A program made the translations under genes and the position numbers. A stretch of 64,000 bases of DNA from the human T2T-CHM13v2.0 reference genome, Homo sapiens: assembly GCF_009914755.1 (NCBI RefSeq), contig NC_060925.1, one strand, 5' to 3'. This document shows positions 63,636-64,000 of this stretch, piece after piece. Each line of letters starts with the position of its first letter. Within the stretch, counting starts at the first letter, position 1. Below the pieces are notes generated by a model. The model made no database searches and was not told the DNA's origin. It saw only the letters and a program-made list of their open reading frames with translations.

Positions 63636-64000
63636 TAGTTTGCATATTTGTTTAAAATAAAAATATCACACAGCAAACTGACTGTAAACCTCAGCAGTGC
63701 CTCTTACCATGGCACCTGAATTTTCTCTTTAACTTAAAAAAGAGCAATAACATCAACACACTTCTACTTCTTATTTTTCATAAAGTTTCTAAAAATGGGA
63801 AATAGTTTGGTACATCAGTGTATAAATCCTAACTGGAAAAGTTTTCAAGCAGTAAGTGCCTCAGAAAGCTAACTCAAACATTACACTACATATTGCTATG
63901 AAAGCTTCGGGGGAATTTGAGATTTGGATTGGACTGGGGAAAATTCTTTAACAGTCCATCCAGTTATAAATATTTTGTGTGGAGTTTGTCTTTATGTTTT

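Overview
AT-rich, repeat-dense primate genomic DNA. It is hominoid-like (Alu, THE1, L1PA3-type elements) and looks intergenic or deep-intronic; I can support no intact host protein-coding gene. Main contents: a full-length, ORF-disrupted L1PA3-type LINE-1 on the minus strand (3915-10062) and a 5'-truncated L1 of the same type on the plus strand (16359-19827), each with its own target-site duplication (TSD); an older L1MA-type element (38551-44652); ancient L1M remnants; MaLR/ERVL LTRs; Tigger, MADE1, MER20 and MER3 DNA transposon relics; Alu/FAM/MIR SINEs; and an HNRNPA1 processed pseudogene (60328-61656, minus). The most notable observation is that the two young L1s form a ~3.45-kb inverted repeat and share many non-consensus substitutions, including the same premature stop codon in ORF2. 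This points to gene conversion between them or a common defective source, and makes the intervening segment a candidate inversion. Smaller oddities are a 64-bp self-templated inverted insertion in the L1MA, a perfect hairpin at the pseudogene 5' junction, an Alu fragment nested in an Alu, and a CpG-retaining unique element with a candidate 51-nt exon. I found nothing I can honestly call a new gene system. Subfamily names and consensus comparisons come from recalled consensus sequences and need RepeatMasker/Dfam confirmation.
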